A DNA stretch of 64,000 nucleotides from Hypanus sabinus (Eukaryota), in the NCBI RefSeq assembly GCF_030144855.1, contig NC_082727.1:41974001-42038000 (forward strand), given 5' to 3'. This document shows positions 36,521 through 48,540 of this stretch, piece after piece. Positions within the stretch are counted from its first letter, which is position 1. Each line of letters starts with the position of its first letter. A model generated the notes under the pieces. That model saw only the letters and a list, made by a program, of their open reading frames with translations, was not told where the DNA came from and did not search any database. Both the position numbers and the translations under genes were made by a program.

Positions 36521-38129
36521 TCTATCAGTTTCTAAATATTGACTTAAGGGTTTTGAAAGCACAAATTACCTTGTGTATGAAAGGAGTACTTGTCTTTAAC
36601 ACAGGTTACAAAGAAAATGTAATGGTAACTAAACACCACCGCATTGCCATAACGTAATAACCAACATACTGAGAATACGCCCTTTCCATCCATTTGGAAC
36701 TGCCTTCTTTTGGGCACGCAAGCAGTTGTTCACACTTGTAGTAAATAATAATTTAAAATAAAACAGAAGGTGTTGGAGATACTCAACAGGTCAGGGAACA
36801 TCTAAGGAGAGAAATAGAGTTTACTTATTTATTCTGGAGTTCAGAGTCATTGTATTAGGTTATTGTAATATATGAGAAAGTATATTAAGACATAGAAAAA
36901 ATTAATAAACTTACTTAAAGTATATTTATCGGACATAAATTAATTAAAATATTACTTTAAATTAAAAATGTAACAAGCCACTTATGCTACAATTTTTGTG
37001 AAGGTTACCGACACCATTCAAATGAATGGCATTCAAGGTATGCAGCCATGCCTAATGTTAGGTTGAAAGACTGTGAGTCTAACACCTCAGTTTTGGATCT
37101 CCCTTGGATTCAGTGACAGGTTCAGGGTGTTTGCTGGCAGTCAGCTTCAGAACCACTGCTTAATAACTGGTGAAATACGGACCATTATTGATGGTGCTCA
37201 CCTGTTTCTGCCAGGATAAATTTAATGTGATTTGTACAGAGTCACCATATGTCTGCACTTAACATCAGCATTTCAGTCCTATTATGATGAGAAAAGTATT
37301 ATACAATCTAAATATTAGCCCACTCTATTCCATTATGTGAGCCAAACAGAAAACTTATGGGATACATGAAAGGTTTTATATTTCTGATTTTACAAATAAG
37401 TTTGTGTGGAAAATTGAACCATAACCTGATTTGGAAAGCTAATACATTATTAAATATAGTTCAAACCCAGATGATTCCTTATGCCCTCTTCACCAGAGCA
37501 TTTAACAATACAACTTATGACCATGCTGCAGGCTCAGATTTCCTTCAAAGAAAATTATTTTCCTTATTTCTGCCCACTTTGGGTAGTAATTCAGAACACA
37601 ATAATGATATTGTATATAATATTGGTGTGATCCTTGACTTTCATGTCAAAGTTGTCACCTCTTTAAGAATTATGGATTATGTCAAGTGACTAATTCCTTT
37701 CTGGACTGCAGAACTGTTCAGAGACAATAACTATCTTTTATCTCAACATGCATCCGTTTATGGCCAGCCCCAGCAGCTGCCAAGGAGAAGTCAGAGACTC
37801 CAGAAACAGCAAAGGAGTTCAGCAAATCTAAGAATGGATGAATGTTTCATTTTCAAAAATGTATACATTCTGCAAAGGACATTGATGGAGATCAAAAACT
37901 CAATGTGCACACATATTTTACACTGATGAGCAGGATCACAAGGAATCTAAGCTATTAAAAATTACTGAGGACTTCAAGTACTGTAACCGTGATATGGTGA
38001 ATTTGTGAAGTTCATGATTGATCATGACAACAAGTCTGAGGTACAGTCTGCAGCCAAGTTAAGCACAAAGGCAATGCATGAAAAACTGAGTATGGATAAA
38101 ACATTTAGCTGTGATTCAGAATCAGATTT

Positions 38130-38625
38130 AATATCATTGGCATATGTCATGAAATTTGTTGTATTTTAGCCACAGTACATTGCAATACATAATAATAAGA
38201 AAAAACTATAAATGACAATAAATATATATATATATAAAATTTAAATAAGTTATGCAAAAAGAGAGCAAAAGAGAAAAAAAATTAGTGAGGCAATGTACAT
38301 TGGTTCGAATAAACTCTTCTTGGCTTCCAGCCAGGTACAGGTAAATGGAAATCTGATTGTCTATTCAGAAATCTGATGGCAGAGAGGAAGAAGCTGTCCA
38401 GCTGTTTCTGAAATGTTGTGTGTGTGCCTTCCGGCTCCAGTTCTCCTCTTTGATGGCAGGGCTGAGAAGAGGGCACATCCTGGGGGTCCTTAATGATGGA
38501 TGCCGTCTTTCTGAGGCATCACTTTCAGGTATGGAGGCACCACTGTGCAGGATCAGAAAAGGCTGCAGAAATTTGTGAACTCGGTCAGATCCATCATGGG
38601 CACTAGCCTCCGTAGGGTCGTCCAT
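38130..38625 (-). mobile_element. Rex/L2-type LINE 3' fragment
   Basis: QKRLQKFVNSVRSIMGTSL-like and ...SAIRFLN motifs with the standard tail. Confidence 0.7.
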
Positions 38626-38941
38626 TTAGTCCAAGTTGCTGAACACCCGAGATTTAACATTCGGCTGGGCATGCAAGTTAACTATATCTGTATGAGGGGC
38701 AAGTTTCAACTGAGAGAGTGGTGGATGTCTGTAATTCGCTGCCTACTATGATGGCAGAGGCAAATACATTTTAAGAGACATTTGGATAGGCACATGGATG
38801 TAAGGAAGATAGAGGGATATGGACGTTGTGTAGGTAGGAGGGATTAGTGTTTGGGTTTTTGGTTTGCTTCCTAGCTGGTTTGGCACAACGTTGCGGGCCA
38901 AAGTGTGTGTTCCTGTGCTCTACTCTTCTACGTTCTATGTA

Positions 38942-39286
38942 CGAGGGGTGATTGATAAGTTTGTGTCCTAAGGTAGAAGGAGATGAGTTATTAACTTCAA
39001 ACTTTCTGCATAATCACTCAAAGAGTTGAACTGCATATGCATGTCACAAGAACTATATAAGTCATCTCCTTCTACCTTAGGCCACAAACTTATCAAGCAC
39101 CCCATGCTGTGGACCACTTCTGGAGGTCCAAGACGCCGACTTCTACAAAGAAGGGATCCGTATGCTCCATGACCACTGGACTAAGTGGGTACATGTAGGA
39201 GGGGACTATGTTGAAAAATAAATGTGCTAGGTTTTCTAAAACTGACTGCTTCTACCTTAGGCCATGAACTTATCAATCACCCCTTG
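38942..39286 (+). mobile_element. Non-autonomous mariner-like element with three TIR copies
   Basis: TA TSDs at 38940-38941 and 39287-39288. TIRs at 38942-38983 and 39249-39286, plus an extra inverted copy at 39065-39103. Transposase C-terminus FYKEGIRMLHDHWTKWVHVGGDYVEK*. Confidence 0.88.
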
Positions 39287-39658
39287 TATATGTGGCATCA
39301 AATACAAATGAATTTTGGTTGGTACAGAACTTTAATGAAAATGTTATGTGCAGATCAAAGATCTCTTTTGGAAGAGGACAGCGAGGCTTGAGAGGAAGTG
39401 CGGCGGCGGCCATTTTCAAATTGTCCAATTGCTTCTCAGATCGGAGTTCTGAGAGGCGGGACTGCGCAGGCGCGTGAAGGAGGCCCGGGAAGGAGGGAAG
39501 ATATATAAAGAACGCCGCCTTAAGAAGCGGGCAGCTTCGTTTGCGGGCAGCGGAGTGAGCCGGGCGCAGAGTGTAGGGTTTGGGCTCAGAGGGCTTAGGC
39601 GGAAGAGGGCACAGTAGGCTTATCTTTTAGTTCTTATATTTTCAGTTATTTGGGAGGT

Positions 39659-40588
39659 ATGAGTGTGAGGGCAGCTTGTTGTTCTCGGTGTCGGATGTGG
39701 GAGATCCTGGAGTCTCCGAGCCTCCCGGACGTCCACATCTGCGCCAGGTGCGCCGAACTGCAGCTCCTGAGGGACCGAGTTAGGGAACTGGAGCTGCAGC
39801 TTGATGACCTTCGCCTGGTCAGGGAGAGTGAGGAGGTGATAGAGAGGAGTTACAGGCAGGTGGTCACTCCGGGGCCAAGGGAGGCAGATAGGTGGGTCAC
39901 GGTCAGGAAGGGGAAGAGGCAGGTACTAGAGAGTACCCCAGTGGCTGTACCCCTTGACAATAAGTACTCATGTTTGAGTACTGTTTGGGGGGACAGCCTA
40001 CCTGGTGGGAGTGACAGTGGCCGAGCCTCCGGCACAAAGGATGGCCCTGTAGCTCAGAAGGGTAGGGTTAGAAGAAAGAGGTCCATAGTAATAGGGGACT
40101 CAATAGTCAGGGGCTCAGACAGGCGTTTCTGTGGAGGTGACCGGGAGTCCCGGATGGTAATTTGCCTCCCTGGTGCCAGGGTTCGGGACGTTTCTGATCG
40201 CGTCCAAGATATCCTGAAGTGGGAGGGTGAAGAGCCAGAGGTCGTGGTACATGTAGGTACCAATGACATAGGAAGTAAAGGGGAAGAGGTCCTGAAACGT
40301 GAGTATAGGGAGTTAGGAAGGCAGTTAGGAAGAAGGACCACAAAGGTAGTAATCTCGGGATTACTGCCTGTGCCACGCGACAGTGAGAGTAGGAATAGAA
40401 TTAGGTGGAGGATGAATGCGTGGCTGTGGGATTGGAGCAGGGGGCAGCAATTCAAGTTTCTGGATCATTGGGACCTCTTCTGGGGCAGGAGTGACCTGTT
40501 CAAGAAGGACGGGTTACACTTGAATCCTGGGGGGACCAATATCCTAGCGGGGAGGTTTGCTAGGGCTACAGGGCGGACTTTAAACTAG
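39659..40588 (+). CDS. CR1 ORF1 protein: Zn finger/leucine zipper plus SGNH/GDSL-type esterase domain
   Basis: CSRC...CARC, heptad LELQLDDL, and SGNH blocks VIGDSIVRG, PGA, HVGTND and DGLHLN. First ATG at 39659. Confidence 0.88.
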   Translation: MSVRAACCSRCRMWEILESPSLPDVHICARCAELQLLRDRVRELELQLDDLRLVRESEEVIERSYRQVVTPGPREADRWVTVRKGKRQVLESTPVAVPLDNKYSCLSTVWGDSLPGGSDSGRASGTKDGPVAQKGRVRRKRSIVIGDSIVRGSDRRFCGGDRESRMVICLPGARVRDVSDRVQDILKWEGEEPEVVVHVGTNDIGSKGEEVLKREYRELGRQLGRRTTKVVISGLLPVPRDSESRNRIRWRMNAWLWDWSRGQQFKFLDHWDLFWGRSDLFKKDGLHLNPGGTNILAGRFARATGRTLN

Positions 40589-40624
40589 TAAGATGGGGGC
40601 GGCGGGAGACTATTTGAGGAGACT

Positions 40625-43609
40625 ATGGGAGAGGAGGTTAGTTCACCAGTGGAGCAAGTAAATATACAGTGTGTGAGGGAGGAAAGGCAGGTGATGGAGA
40701 AGGGATGCGCTCAGCCCGAAGATGTAGGGGAGAAGAAAGAAAAGGATAATAAATTTGAATGCATTGTTAGGGATGGAAAGAGAGGAGGAGATGGAGAGTA
40801 TCTTAAATGTATCTATTTTAATGCTAGGAGCATTGTAAGAAAGGTGGATGAGCTTAAAGCGTGGATTGATACCTGGAATTATGATGTTGTAGCTATTAGT
40901 GAAACATGGTTGCAGGAAGGGTGTGATTGGCAACTAAATATTCCTGGATTTAGTTGCTTCAGGTGTGATAGAGTAGGAGGGGCCAGAGGAGGAGGTGTTG
41001 CATTGCTTGTCCGAGAAAATCTTATGGCGGTGCTTTGGAAGGATAGATTAGAGAGCTCCTCTAGGGAGGCCATTTGGGTGGAATTGAAGAATGGGAAAGG
41101 TGCAGTAACACTGATAGGAGTGTATTATAGGCCACCGAAAGGGGCGTGTGAGCTGGAAGAGCAAATGTGTAAGGAGATAGCAGATATTTGTAGTAAACAC
41201 AAGGTGGTGATTGTGGGAGATTTTAATTTTCCACACATAGACTGGGAAGCTCATTCTGTAAAAGGGCTGGATGGTTTAGAGTTTGTGAAATGTGTACAGG
41301 ATAGTTTTTTGCAACAATACATAGAAGTACCGACTAGAGATGGGGCAGTGTTGGATCTCCTGTTAGGGAATGCGATAGGTCAGCTGACAAATGTATGTGT
41401 TGGGGAGCACTTCGGGTCCAGTGATCACAATAGCATTAGCTTCAATATAATTATGGAGAAGGACAGGACTGGACCTAGAGTTGAGATTTTTGATTGGAGA
41501 AAGGCTAACTTTGAGGGGATGCGAAGGGATTTAGAGAGAGTGGATTGGGTCAAGTTGTTTTATGGGAAGGATGTAATAGAGAAATGGAGGTCATTTAAGG
41601 ATGAAATTATGAGGGTACAGAATCTTTATGTTCCTGTTAGGTTGAAAGGAAAGGTTAAAGGTTTGAGAGCACCATGGTTTTCAAGGGATATTAGAAATTT
41701 AGTTCAGAAAAAGAGGGATGTCTACACTAGATGTAGGCAGCATGGAGTAAAGGAATTGCTCGAGGAATATAAAGAATGTAAAAGGAATCTTAAGAAAGAG
41801 ATTAGAAAAGCTAAAAGAAGATACGAGGTTGGTTTGGCAAATAAGGTGAAAGTAAATCCAAAAGGTTTCTACAGTTATATTAAAAGCAAGAGGATAGTGA
41901 GGGATAAAATTGGCCCCTTAGAGAATCAGAGTGGTCAGCTATGTGTGGAACCGAAGGAGATGGGAGAGATTTTGAATGATTTCTTCTCTTCGGTATTCAC
42001 TAAGGAGAAGGATATTGAATTGTCTAAGGTGTGGGAAACAAGTAAGGAAGTTATGGAACCTATGACAATTAAAGAGGTGGAGGTACTGGCGCTTTTAAGA
42101 AATTTAAAAGTGGATAAATCTCCGGGTCCTGACAGGATATTCCCCAGGACCTTGAGGGAAGTTTGTGTAGAAATAGCAGGAGCTCTGACGGAGATCTTTA
42201 GTATGTCATTAGAAACGGGGATTGTGCCGGAGGATTGACGTATTGCTCATGTGGTTCCATTGTTTAAAAAGGATTCTAGAAGGAAGCCTAGCAATTATAG
42301 ACCTGTCAGTTTGACATCAGTGGTGGGTAAATTAATGGAAAGTATTCTTAGAGATAGTATTTATAATTATCTGGATAGACGGGATCTGATTAGAAGTAGC
42401 CAGCATGGATTTGTGCGTGGAAGGTCATGTTTGACAAACCTTATTGAATTTTTTGAAGAAGTTACGAGGATTGTTGACGAGGGTAAGGCAGTGGATGTAG
42501 TCTATATGGACTTCAGCAAAGCCTTTGACAAAGTTCCACATGGAAGGTTAGTTAAGAAGGTTCAGTCGTTAGGTATTAATGCTGGAGTAATAAAATGGAT
42601 TCAACAGTGGCTAGATGGGAGATGCCAGAGAGTAGTGGTGGATAATTGTTTATCGGGATGGAGGCCGGTGACTAGTGGGGTGCCTCAGGGATCTGTTTTG
42701 GGCCCAATGTTGTTTGTAATATACATAAATGATCTGGATGATGGGGTGGTAAATTGGATTAGTAAGTATGCTGATGATACTAAGGTAGGAGGTGTTGTGG
42801 ATAATGAGGTGGATTTTCAAAGCTTGCAGGGAGATTTATGCCGGTTAGAAGAATGGGCTGAACGTTGGCAGATGGAGTTTAATGCTGAGAAGTGTGAGGT
42901 TCTACATTTTGGCAGGAATAATCCAAATAGAACATACAGAGTAAATGGTAGGGCATTGAGGAATGCAGAGGAACAGAGAGATCTAGGAATAACTGTGCAT
43001 AGTTCCCTGGAAGTGGAGTCTCATGTAGATAGGGTGGTGAAGAGGGCTTTTGGAACGCTGGCCTTTATAAATCAAAGCATTGAGTACAGAAGTTGGGATG
43101 TAATGCTAAAGTTGTACAAGGCATTGGTAAGGCCAAATTTGGAATATTGTGTGCAGTTCTGGTCACCGAATTATAGGAAAGATATCAATAAATTAGAGAG
43201 AGTGCAGAGACGATTTACTAGGATGTTGCCTGGGTTTCAGCACTTAAGTTACAGAGAAAGGTTGAACAAGTTAGGTCTCTATTCATTGGAGCGTAGAAGG
43301 TTGAGGGGGGATTTGATCGAGGTATTTAAAATTTTGAGAGGGATAGATAGAGTTGACGTGAACAGGCTGTTTCCATTGAGAGTAGGGGAGATTCAAACTA
43401 GAGGACATGATTTGAGAGTTAGGGGGCAGAAGTTTAAGGGAAACACGAGGGGGTATTTCTTTACTCAAAGAGTGATAGCTGTGTGGAATGAGCTTCCTGT
43501 AGAAGTAGTAGAGGCCAGTTTAGTTGTGTCATTTAAGGTAAAATTGGATAGGTATATGGACAGTAAAGGAGTGGAGGGTTATGGGCTGAGTGCGGGTAGG
43601 TGGGACTAG
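40625..43609 (+). pseudogene. CR1 ORF2 (APE endonuclease plus RT) interrupted by one premature stop
   Basis: EN motifs NARSI, SETW, YYRPP, GDFN and SDH. RT motifs YRPVSL, DFSKAFD, GVPQGSVLGP and YADD. TGA at 42236-42238 replaces the conserved W of VPEDW, and the frame continues to 43609. Confidence 0.92.
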
Positions 43610-44057
43610 GTGAGATTAAGGGTTCGGCATGGACTAGGAGGGCCAAGATGGCCAGTTTCCGTGCTGTGATTGTTATATGGTTATAGGAATGGTGACAGAA
43701 GCCGATGACTGGGTCTGGGTGCGAGTGGCATGAAAAGCAGTTTTCTGGCTGGAAGCTTTGCAATGTTTGCAGTGGAATCAATCCGCAGAATTGTATTGGT
43801 CAGAGCTGCCAAAAGTTTTAATTGTCTGAAGTAGGGGCATACAGACACTCTATGCAAAGCTAAACAAAGCAAATCACGCCTAAACAGAGACAGTTAAGCA
43901 ATGCCTCAATGGAAGGAAAACAATGATCGTACTAAACCACAGTTCTCACAACACTGAGATGAATGAACAATTCAGTCATCCATTCGTTGTAACATCCAAG
44001 TCACGGTAATGATAAAGTAAAGCAGGGATTTCAAATTAGAGTAAAATTTATAATCTA

Positions 44058-44124
44058 CAGTACTGTGTAAAAGACTAAGGCACATATACATAGCTAGGGT
44101 GCCTAAGACTTTTTCAAAGTACTG
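44058..44124. mobile_element. 67-bp palindromic Tc1-like MITE
   Basis: cagtactgtgtaaaagactaaggcac...gtgcctaagactttttcaaagtactg flanked by TA. A partial copy lies at ~44505-44566. Confidence 0.7.
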
Positions 44125-44714
44125 TACTCAGCAGAGAGTGAGTTTGTAATTCTGGCAGGAGCAAAGAATGGTGAGGGTGGTGCACCGCGGGAGGGGTGAG
44201 CGACAGTAGGCAGAGAAGGAGAGCCAGGGGCAGGGTGTGGTGTTGGTGCAAATACAACCAGGCCTGCGAGACCAGGCAAGGTCATTTGATTCCAAACCTT
44301 TGGTTTACTGATCAATACAGAATCTCTCTCTGATGCTCTGTTCTCTCCCCTCTCCACGCCTCTTTTTGCAATCATGATTCCGCTCTCCTTGCCCCTTTCT
44401 CCACTCTCAGACCACAATAGACACCTATATCTGATTCAAGGTTATCATCACTCACATATGTCATAAAATTTGTTTTTTTTGAGGCAGCAGTACAGTGCAA
44501 TACATAAATTACCACAGTACACCCTAGCTATATATGTGTGCCAGAGACTTCAGCACAGTACTGTATACAGCAACATGACTGATGACACTACTATAAAAAT
44601 CTAGAATGGTGCCATTAGATATAAGTTGTGGAAACCAAGGCTGTCAAATATAATGGTAGATAATTTCAACAGGCTGCCACTGCTACAAGGTCGGAAATGG
44701 AATGGTAAAATGAA

Positions 44715-44882
44715 CAGTGGATTCTGGTTAATTGGGCCATCAGTTAATTGGGCAGCGTCTTATTTTAGACCATTCTTAAAGAACAAAAATAATCCAGAAG
44801 ACAGCTGGGATTTCCGTCATTTATTTGGGACAAGAGACTTATGCTGAACAGGTTTCTAACTAGCGTCAGTTGTATGCACTGG
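44715..44882 (+). mobile_element. Tigger/pogo-like DNA transposon end
   Basis: Begins cagtggattctggttaattgggcc with repeated ttaattggg / tttgggac subterminal motifs. Confidence 0.55.
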
Positions 44883-45300
44883 TGAGGCTGTGTCCTCTGG
44901 CCTTAGACTCTCCCACCACAGGAAACATCCTCTCATTATCCACTCTATCAAGGTCTTTCACTATTTGAAAGGTTTCAATCAGGACACCCCTCATTCTTCT
45001 GAATTCCAGTGAATACAGGCCCAGAGCCATCAGATGCTCTTCATATGATAAGCTATTCAATCCTGGAATAATTTTCATGAACCACATTTGAGCCTTCTCC
45101 AGTGCCAGCACATCCTTTCTAATTGAAGGCACCCAAAACTGCTCACAATACTCCCAAGTGAGGCCTCACCAGTGCCTTATGCAATCTCAACATAAAATTT
45201 TTGCTTCTATATTCTAGTTGTCTTGAAATGAATGCTAACATCGTATTTGCCTTCCTCACCAATTCTCAGGCTGCAAATTAACCTCTAAAGAATCCTGCAC
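44883..45300 (-). mobile_element. CR1 ORF2 3' fragment
   Basis: IRKDVLALEK...LYSLEFRRMRG motif (ORF 44866-45132). Confidence 0.85.
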
Positions 45301-46424
45301 AATAATATTGTCAGGACAGATGAATCATATTTCAATATATCCAGTGAATCAATGACTTCAACACTAATTCTGTGGCTAAAGATCACAAAGGTCACAGAAA
45401 CCAATGAATCAGTTAAACTTGCAAAATTTATAAAATTGTTATATCAGTTTGTTTCTCTTTTTTAGGAAAAGAAATTAAAGCAATGTAGTACATGTTCTAT
45501 CGGTTGTGATCGATGATTGCTACTTAAAGAATGCCATCCTTTTAAAGATTGCTATTATCCTTTCTGGGCTTCATCACTATTTGCAGTAGGTTACAAAGAT
45601 GGCCTACTAAGAGCCTTTGAACAAACAGCATGACTTTGTTTAAGCTCTTCATGCCTCATGTGTTTAACTATGTTCATTCTCAGTGGACTTGCTTACAGAT
45701 TAAGAAGCTATTAACTAAATTTTCTACTCCATTGAATGGGTTAGGATTGGCCACTGTGGTCTCTTTTCTCACCCAAGTATCCCTATGAGTCAACAGAATA
45801 CTTTAATGTAAATACATATCATTGCTGCTGGTAGGATATAGGTGAATGGCATTGGAAAACATTGGGGCTTATTTTCCTCTGGTTCCATTACTATTAATTG
45901 GCTTTTGCAATTTTTCATTGGCATATTTATCCACTTCAGTTATTCTGTTCCTCTGAGGAGCAATTATATGCAGCAGGCAACAGACTACTGAAGGTTATCA
46001 ACCAGTCTTTTCCAACATCTGGTTGGGATTTTTCTCCATTGCCTTCATATGTTGAGGTAAATCCTTTGCCATACGGATTTGTCTTTGTTCTGCCAGAGTG
46101 TGAGTGCTGTGCCAATGAGGGCTGTTCAGTTGTACTTTTCCCAGCTGAGCGCTAGCTGAAAGGTCAAAGTGGTGCTGTGCCATTCTGATGGCCAACGAGA
46201 AACCTGATGAGACCCAGTAGAATCCACTTCACTGCATCTCTTGTTCCTATAGAAAGAAGCGGGTTTATGATCGATTATCTCGTGGATTGTTTACTTTTTC
46301 CTCCTGACGGCTTGAATTATATGAGCAGCTCAGGATTGTGGAGGAATTTTTCAGCTAGCTTTGGAATCTTACCCAACCCCCATACGACAAGGGGAGGAAC
46401 TGCTGCAACCTCTACCACAATTTA

Positions 46425-46965
46425 AAGGGGTGGGTAGTGGCTATGGCCCAGTCCATCACAGGCAAAGCATTCCCTACTATATCTACATGGAATGCTCTTG
46501 CGAGAAAGCAGCATCCAATATCAGGGATCCCCACCATCGAGGTCATGCTCTCTTCTTGCTGCAGCCATCAGGAAGAAAGTACAGGAGCCTCAAGACCCAC
46601 TCCACCAGATTTAGGAGCAGTTATTACCCCTCAACTACTAAGTTATTGAACTAGAGGGGCTAACTTCACTCACCCCATCACAGATCTGTTCCTACAAACT
46701 AGGGTCTCATTTTAAGGACACTTCATCTCATATTCTTGATATTTGTTGTTTGTTTGTTTGTTTATTTATTTATTTCCTTTTTTTGTTTTTGTATTTGCAG
46801 TTTGTTGTCGTTAGCACATTGATTGTCCATCTTGTAAGGTGTGGTCTTTTATTGATTCTATTTTTTTTGTGTTTACTGTGGAACTCTGCAAGAAAATGAA
46901 CCTCAGGGTTGTATATAGTGATATACAGTCTATGTACTTTGATAATAAATGTTCTTTGAACAACT
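46425..46965 (+). mobile_element. Rex/L2-type LINE 3' fragment
   Basis: IRDPHHRGHALF...SGRKYRSLKTHSTRFRSSYYP motif plus an AATAAA tail. Confidence 0.8.
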
Positions 46966-47999
46966 AACACTCCGGCAAAAGTGGATTCCATCCCGTATTC
47001 ATAGCTGTGGCAGTACCACCTATCACTTGGCTGATGTTAATTCATAGTCTCTTTGATGAGCTATTCCACATATATTATTGTACATAACAATTCCTTTTAA
47101 TGTTCCTGTCATTTCTTATCAACAACCATCTACATGCCTTCCACTTCATCCATGGCCCTGTGCCCACTGGCTCCAATAACATCATGCACAAGTTTGACAG
47201 GTGCAAAAAAATAGGTTTCCACTGAGCTCAATGTACTTAGCAGTATACCAGACAAGCCAGGATATAACTGAGATTAAACTAAAGCAAGTAGGATCAATCC
47301 TGGCAAGTAATCATGTACTTAATATTAGTAGAACTCTCTGTCTTTTTTATTGGTTATATTTGGATATTTCTTCCTCAATTTTTTAAAATCTCTGAACTGT
47401 CCCCGAAAACATATGTGTGAGTTTTGAATATATTTCCCGTACTTTATCTCTTTTATTTTCTGCTCAGTACCCTATTCAGTAGTACAGCTCTGACCTTGCA
47501 GGAGAGTGATATTCATTCTTTTTAATCACTTCCGTTCTGTTTACAACGTCGGTCACAGACAGCAAAGCTGAGAGTTGAGTCCACTATGTAACTGGCTCTG
47601 CTAACAGCGTTTTCAAGAGGTACATGTGTCTCCTGTTAAATCGTTTGAGGGTTTAATTTAACTAAGACGAGTCTTTCCTTCTAACAAATAAGTGGATTCC
47701 AATTTTACTTGTCATCTATTTTTGGCTGAAACCTCTTTGCTGATTTCACAGTCTATGGTTGTGAGTTATGGAGCAATTTCTTTTGACTTCTAACCTGATG
47801 ACAGAATATGTTGAAGTGTAATGTATGTTTAATGAATGTTTTCTCCACTTTGTTCAGTTGACTACACCAGGCAGACCAAGAGAAGGAATAAGAAACCAAA
47901 AAAATGATGGGCATACTGGTAAAGCAAGGACAGACTGTTAGTGTGAATTCATTGTGAGCCTTCTGCTGACACAACGTTTCATAGTTGAAAATCAAATTC

Positions 48000-48540
48000 A
48001 ACATTAAATTATTATCAAAGTGTGGTTATGTCACCATATACTGCCCTGAAATTCGTTTTCATGTGGGCATTCACAGCGGAACAAAGAAATACAATAGAAT
48101 CAATGAAAGCCTAGATAGATACAAAAATTGACATGCAACCTGTGTGCAAAGGAAGATAAACTAAGCAAATTCAAAAAGAATAACTAAATAGTAAGTAAAT
48201 AATGCTGAGAGCATGAGTTGTAGAGTCTTTGAAACAGAGTTATAGGTTGTGGAATCAGTTCAGTGTAAAGCTGAGTGAAATTACCAGGTTGGTTTATGGT
48301 GTGGGACCTAAGGCTCCTGTACCTCTTTCCAGAAGGCAGCGGCAAGAAGGGAGGGTAGTCTGGATGGTGAGGGTCCTCGATGATGCATGCTGCTTTCTTG
48401 TGGCAGTGCTGCTTGTAAATGTGCTCAGTGGCGGGGAGGGCTTTTCCTGTGATGGGCTGGGCTGTATCCACTAGTTTTTGAAGGATTTTTTTGTTCACGG
48501 GCATTGATGTTTCCATACCAGGCTGTGATGCAACCAGTCC
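48000..48540 (-). mobile_element. Rex/L2-type LINE 3' fragment
   Basis: IIEDPHHP...PSGKRYRSL motif (ORF 48184-48552). Confidence 0.8.

Larger units (their letters stand above)
39375..43685 (+). mobile_element. Near-intact full-length CR1/L3 LINE
   Basis: CpG-rich 5' UTR, ORF1, ORF2 and a 3' UTR ending in a gttatatggttatag tail. Confidence 0.95.

Noticed and set aside
37842-37958. 38-codon ORF containing HFQKC (as in TdT DHFQKCF) and an EF-hand-like DIDGDQKLN
   Set aside because: No other TdT exon 9 residues on either side, a stop immediately upstream and no acceptor. The EF-hand lacks the position-12 acidic residue.
39850-43781. Minus-strand ORFs overlapping the CR1
   Set aside because: Antisense frames of ORF1/ORF2 with no independent support.
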